DNA of 64,000 nucleotides from an uncultured Chloroflexia bacterium (GTDB lineage Bacteria > Chloroflexota > Limnocylindria > QHBO01), in contig CAWGIY010000009.1 of NCBI GenBank assembly GCA_963822845.1, forward strand, positions 543,631 to 607,630. Direction: 5' to 3'. Under the pieces are notes generated by a model, which did no database searches, was not told the DNA's origin, and was given only the letters and a program-made list of their open reading frames with translations. A program made the position numbers and the translations under genes. How positions within the stretch are numbered: the stretch's first letter is position 1; each line of letters starts with the position of its first letter. Of the stretch, positions 59,829-64,000 are shown piece by piece.

Positions 59829-60963
59829 GTTGAGCACGCACGACCTCCGACCGGCCCGCACGCTGCACCCCGGTGCCTGGTGGCTGTGGGCGCTCGGCCT
59901 CGCGATCGTCGCGAGCCACACGACGAACCCGCTGCTGCTCGGCCTGATCATCGGCGTCGCCGCGCTCGTGGTCGCCGCGCGACGCGAGGACGCGCCGTGG
60001 GCGCGCGCGTTCCGCATGTACCTCTACCTCGGCGCAGCGATCGTGGTCATCCGGGTCGGCTTCCGCATCCTGTTCGGGGGCGAGTTCGGCACGAACGTCC
60101 TCTTCTCACTGCCCGAGGCCGCACTGCCCGAGTGGGCGGCCGGCATCCGCATCGGCGGCGAGGTCACGGCCGAGAGCGTCCTCGCGGCCTTCGTCGACGG
60201 CCTGCGGCTGGCGACGATCGTCATCTGCTTCGGCGCCGCGAACAGCCTTGCCAACCCCGGGCGCCTGCTGCGCCTGGCGCCGAATGCCCTGTACGAGGCC
60301 GGCGCCGCGGTCACCGTGGCGATGAGCCTCGCCCCGCAGCTGGCGGAGAGCGTGATCCGCGTCGGCCGGGCCCGCCGCGTCCGCGGCTCGGTCGCGGGAG
60401 GTCGCCGATCGGTGCCCGGCATCCTCCTGCCGGTGCTCCAGGACGCGCTCGACCGATCCCTCTCGCTCGCGGCCTCGATGGATGCCCGGGGCTACGGCCG
60501 ATCCGGCGCCGAGCCGGCCGCCCGTCGCCGAGTGACCGCGGCGCTCCTCATCGTCGGCCTGTTCGGCGTCGCGATCGGCCTCTATGGCGTGCTCGACGCG
60601 ACGGCCGCGATCCCGCTGGCGGCGCCGATCATGGCCGGTGGCGCGGCGTTGCTGGTCGGCGGCATGGTGGCCGCTGGGCGCCGCGTCCAACGCACGCGCT
60701 ACCGCCCCGATCCGTGGGGCCTGTCCGAGTGGCTGGTCACGGCGTGCGGGGCGCTCGCGGTCACCTCGGTCATGCTCGGTGCGACCCTCGATCCGGCCTC
60801 GCTGCACATGTCCCTCGCGCCGATCTCGTGGCCGGGGCTTGCGGTCGTCCCGACCATCGGTGTGCTCGTCGCGGCGACGCCGGCCTGGATCGTGCCGCCG
60901 CCGATTTCGAGGGCGGCCAGACGGACCTCGGCCGCCGGTGCGACCTCGGGAGCTCGACCGTGA
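59815..60963 (+). CDS. Energy-coupling-factor transporter transmembrane component (EcfT/CbiQ family).
   Basis: Polytopic membrane protein with CbiQ-like conserved regions. ATG overlaps the upstream gene end. Confidence 0.8.
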   Translation: MEGRELSTHDLRPARTLHPGAWWLWALGLAIVASHTTNPLLLGLIIGVAALVVAARREDAPWARAFRMYLYLGAAIVVIRVGFRILFGGEFGTNVLFSLPEAALPEWAAGIRIGGEVTAESVLAAFVDGLRLATIVICFGAANSLANPGRLLRLAPNALYEAGAAVTVAMSLAPQLAESVIRVGRARRVRGSVAGGRRSVPGILLPVLQDALDRSLSLAASMDARGYGRSGAEPAARRRVTAALLIVGLFGVAIGLYGVLDATAAIPLAAPIMAGGAALLVGGMVAAGRRVQRTRYRPDPWGLSEWLVTACGALAVTSVMLGATLDPASLHMSLAPISWPGLAVVPTIGVLVAATPAWIVPPPISRAARRTSAAGATSGARP

Positions 60964-62570
60964 TCCAGTTCCACGGCGTCTCGCTGACCTACCCGGAGGC
61001 ATCGGCTCCGACGTTGCGTGACGTGGAGCTGGCCGTCGAGGAGGGCAGCCTCTGCCTCGTGGCCGGGCGCACTGGCGCCGGCAAGACGACCCTGCTGCGG
61101 CTCGTCAACGGCCTCGTCCCCCACTTCAGCGGCGGCCTCCTCACCGGCCGCGTGACCGTCGGCGGCCGCGACACGCGCGACCATCCGCCGCGCGAGCTGG
61201 CCGACGTCGTCGGGTCGGTCGCGCAGGACCCCCTTCACGGGTTCGTGACCGACAGCGTGGAGGAAGAGCTCGCCTACGGCATGGAGCAGCTCGGCGTCGA
61301 CCCCGCCACGATGCGCCGGCGCGTGGAGGAGACGCTCGACCTCCTGGGAATCGCCGACCTGCGCGACCGATCGCTCCGCAGCCTCTCCGGCGGGCAGCAG
61401 CAGCGCGTCGCGATCGGTTCGGTGCTCGCAGCCGGGCCACGCGTCCTCATCCTCGACGAGCCCACCTCGGCGTTGGACCCGCCCGCCGCGGAGGAGGTCC
61501 TCGCCGCCGTCCTGCGACTCGTCCACGACCTGGGGCTCACGGTCCTGCTCGCCGAGCACCGGATGGAGCGCGCCGTCGGCTACGCCGACCGCATCGTCAC
61601 CGTCCATGGCGACGGCACGGTCACCGACGGACCGCCCGCCGCGGAGCTCGAGCGGCTGGAGCTCGTCCCGCCCGTCGTCGAGCTGGGCCGGATGGCGGGG
61701 TGGTCCCCGCTGCCGCTCACCGTTCGCGACGCCCGCGCGAGCGCCGGGTCGCTGCGGACGAGGCTCGCCGAGGTCGCGCCGGCGGATCGTGCTGCGGAGC
61801 CGACGGACACGATCGCCCTTCGTGCCGAGCGGCTGACGGTGACGTACGGGCCGGTCACCGCCGTGCGCGACGTCACGCTCGAGCTGGCGCGCGGGGCGGT
61901 GGCGGTGCTCATGGGCCGCAACGGAGCGGGCAAGTCGTCGCTGCTGTGGGCGTTGCAGGGATCGGGACCGCGACGCTCGGGCAGCGTCCGGGTCGAGGGC
62001 CTCGATCCAACCGTTGGGGGCGCTGCGACCAAGGGACTGGTCGGCCTCGTCCCGCAGACCGCGGCCGACCTGCTCTACCACGACACGGTCGACGCGGAGT
62101 GTCAGCAGTCCGACCGTGACTGGCAGGTCCGTCCGGGGACGACTCGCGACCTGCTGGCGCGGATCGGCAGAGACGTCGACCCGGCAATCCACCCCCGGGA
62201 CCTGTCCGAGGGCCAGAGGCTGGCGCTCGTCCTCGCGATTCAGCTCGCGGGATCGCCGAAGGTCGTCCTGCTCGATGAGCCGACGCGCGGCCTCGACTAC
62301 CCGGCCAAGGCGTCACTGGTCGATGTCCTTCGCGGCCTTGCCGGCGCCGGCCACGCCATCCTCGTCTCGACCCACGATGTCGAGCTGGCCGCGTCGCTCG
62401 CCGATCGCGTCATCGTGATGGCCGGCGGAGAGATCGTCGCCGACGGCACCGCGGTTGAAGTGCTGGCCGCCTCGCCGGCGTTCGCGCCCCAGGTCGCGAA
62501 GATCCTCGGCCCGCCATGGCTCACCGTCGACGGCGTCCGTCGAGCCCTCGCTCTCGGGGGCGCGGCATGA
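60960..62570 (+). CDS. Fused duplicated ECF transporter ATPase (EcfA-EcfA').
   Basis: Two complete ABC cassettes (GRTGAGKTT/LSGGQQQRV/LILDEPTSALD and GRNGAGKSS/LSEGQRL/VLLDEPTRGLD). GTGA start overlap. Confidence 0.9.
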   Translation: MIQFHGVSLTYPEASAPTLRDVELAVEEGSLCLVAGRTGAGKTTLLRLVNGLVPHFSGGLLTGRVTVGGRDTRDHPPRELADVVGSVAQDPLHGFVTDSVEEELAYGMEQLGVDPATMRRRVEETLDLLGIADLRDRSLRSLSGGQQQRVAIGSVLAAGPRVLILDEPTSALDPPAAEEVLAAVLRLVHDLGLTVLLAEHRMERAVGYADRIVTVHGDGTVTDGPPAAELERLELVPPVVELGRMAGWSPLPLTVRDARASAGSLRTRLAEVAPADRAAEPTDTIALRAERLTVTYGPVTAVRDVTLELARGAVAVLMGRNGAGKSSLLWALQGSGPRRSGSVRVEGLDPTVGGAATKGLVGLVPQTAADLLYHDTVDAECQQSDRDWQVRPGTTRDLLARIGRDVDPAIHPRDLSEGQRLALVLAIQLAGSPKVVLLDEPTRGLDYPAKASLVDVLRGLAGAGHAILVSTHDVELAASLADRVIVMAGGEIVADGTAVEVLAASPAFAPQVAKILGPPWLTVDGVRRALALGGAA

Positions 62571-63403
62571 CCGCATTGCCGGCGCGCGCGACGGCCGTGC
62601 CCGTCGCCGCGCGACCGTGGCTCGTCCTGGCCATCGGTTCGGCCGTGGGGGTCATGGCATTCTGCTGGCCCTTGATCGTGTCGCCCGGCCCGGCTGGCGC
62701 GCCGCGGATCGACAGCCCGCTGCTGTTCGTCGCGATACTGCCGATCATCGTCGCGACCCTCGTCATCGAGCTGTCGGCCGGTCGCATGGACGCCAAGGCC
62801 ATCGCCATGCTCGGCGTCCTCGCAGCCCTGGGTGCGGCGCTGCGCCCGCTCGGTGCCGGCACCGCCGGGGTCGAGACGGTGTTCGTCCTGCTCGTCCTCG
62901 GCGGGCGCGCGTTCGGACCGGGGTTCGGCTTCGTGCTGGGCCCGGTCACGCTCTTCGCATCGTCGCTGCTCACCGGTGGCGTCGGGCCGTGGCTGCCGTT
63001 CCAGATGCTCGCCGCCGGCTGGGTCGGCCTCGGCGCCGGCCTCCTCCCGCGGGCACGGGGCAAGCGCGAGGGCCTCCTGCTCGCGGCGTACGGCGCCGCC
63101 GCCGCCTTCGGCTATGGCCTCGCCATGAACCTGTGGTTCTGGCCGTTCGCCGCCGGTCTCGATACGGCGCTCTCGCTCGTCCCGGGTGATCCGATCCTCG
63201 ACAACCTCGGCCGGTTCCTGCTGTTCACCCTCGCGACGTCAATGGGCTGGGACCTCGGCCGCGCGATCACCACGATCGTGCTGCTGGCCGTCCTCGGCCC
63301 GACGGTCCTGGGAGCCCTTCGCCGTGCCGGCCGGCGCGCGGCGTTCGGCGCGTCAGCGCAGTTCGCCACGCGGGACGCCGCGGAAGGGGTCAGCCCTCCG
63401 TAG
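62567..63403 (+). CDS. ECF transporter substrate-specific (S) component.
   Basis: Small six-TM protein. ATGA overlap with the ATPase gene. Confidence 0.7.
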   Translation: MTALPARATAVPVAARPWLVLAIGSAVGVMAFCWPLIVSPGPAGAPRIDSPLLFVAILPIIVATLVIELSAGRMDAKAIAMLGVLAALGAALRPLGAGTAGVETVFVLLVLGGRAFGPGFGFVLGPVTLFASSLLTGGVGPWLPFQMLAAGWVGLGAGLLPRARGKREGLLLAAYGAAAAFGYGLAMNLWFWPFAAGLDTALSLVPGDPILDNLGRFLLFTLATSMGWDLGRAITTIVLLAVLGPTVLGALRRAGRRAAFGASAQFATRDAAEGVSPP

Positions 63404-63428
63404 CGGCTCCTGCCGCTACGATCCGCTC

Positions 63429-64000
63429 GTGAGCCACCTGCCCCCGGATCGGATGATCCCGCTCCTGCCGTGCCGATCCATCGACGATCAGATCGCCTTC
63501 TACGAGTCGATCGGCTTCGAGGTCACCTATCGGCAGAAGGCGCCGAACGTGTATGCATCGGTCCAGCGCGGGCTGATCGAGCTCCATTTCTTCACGATGA
63601 AGGGCTACGAGCCGGCGAATTCGTACAGCACGTGCTACGTGATGGTCAGCGACATCGACGCGCTGTACGCCGACTTCCGGGAAGGCCTGAAGCGCAGCCT
63701 CGGCCGCGTGCCGACCCGCGGCATGCCCCGGATCGGTGCGCTCGGGGACATGTCCTACGGCGTCCGCCAGTTCCTCCTGACCGATCCGGGCGGCAACATC
63801 ATTCGCATCGGTCAGCCATTGGCCGCGACCAGGGGCGGCGCCGCGCATCCGACCTCGCGACTGGCGAAGGCGCTGGACGCGGCGACTCTGCTCATGCACT
63901 CGAAGGTTGACCCCGAGACGACCGCTCGGGTGCTCGACGCCGCGATGGCCGATGACCCGGATGCGCCCGACGTCCTCCTCGCCCAGGCTCGGATCCTGCG
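63429..64000 (+). CDS. VOC/glyoxalase-bleomycin-resistance family protein, 3'-truncated by the window end.
   Basis: High GC3 frame running off the window; absent from the ORF track, which requires a stop. Sequence ...CRSIDDQIAFYESIGFEVTYRQ... Confidence 0.55.
   Translation, partial: MSHLPPDRMIPLLPCRSIDDQIAFYESIGFEVTYRQKAPNVYASVQRGLIELHFFTMKGYEPANSYSTCYVMVSDIDALYADFREGLKRSLGRVPTRGMPRIGALGDMSYGVRQFLLTDPGGNIIRIGQPLAATRGGAAHPTSRLAKALDAATLLMHSKVDPETTARVLDAAMADDPDAPDVLLAQARIL

Overview
The window is a high-GC (about 70%) chromosomal segment with actinobacterial-type gene content and order (polA ... coaE ... uvrB on one strand, sigma-E with a ZAS-type anti-sigma factor, Fpg, DnaE). I call about 60 protein genes, one tRNA-Leu(CAA), one cobalamin riboswitch and several palindromic operator or terminator elements. 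Coding density is high, and real frames were recognised by GC3 bias and conserved motifs. The highest-priority finding is a cobalamin-riboswitch-controlled operon at 57.5-63.4 kb. It has two cell-surface proteins (a terpenoid-cyclase-like alpha/alpha-toroid repeat protein and a DUF4430 protein, which I infer are bacterial counterparts of the two transcobalamin/intrinsic-factor domains), then EcfT, a fused double EcfA ATPase and an S component. This is a candidate B12 capture and uptake system. At least 13 genes, including the essential polA and dnaE, are interrupted by single-base frameshifts, almost all consistent with +1 insertions and often inside homopolymer runs. I read these as sequencing or assembly indels rather than pseudogenes, and I give the frameshifted genes as single merged CDSs. 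Other notable items are 24-bp AT-rich palindromes (GTATATAC-N-GTATATAC) flanking a three-gene cassette, repeated operator-like motifs at 1-220 and 19.5-19.7 kb, an orphan Tad-like trio (TadE, large TadG-like protein, CpaB) between coaE and uvrB, a RelE/ParE toxin module, tandem epoxide hydrolases, and a 75-bp tandem-repeat Pro/Thr/Glu-rich secreted protein. No transposase, integrase or CRISPR array was seen. Everything is inferred from sequence and motif memory only; no database search was possible.
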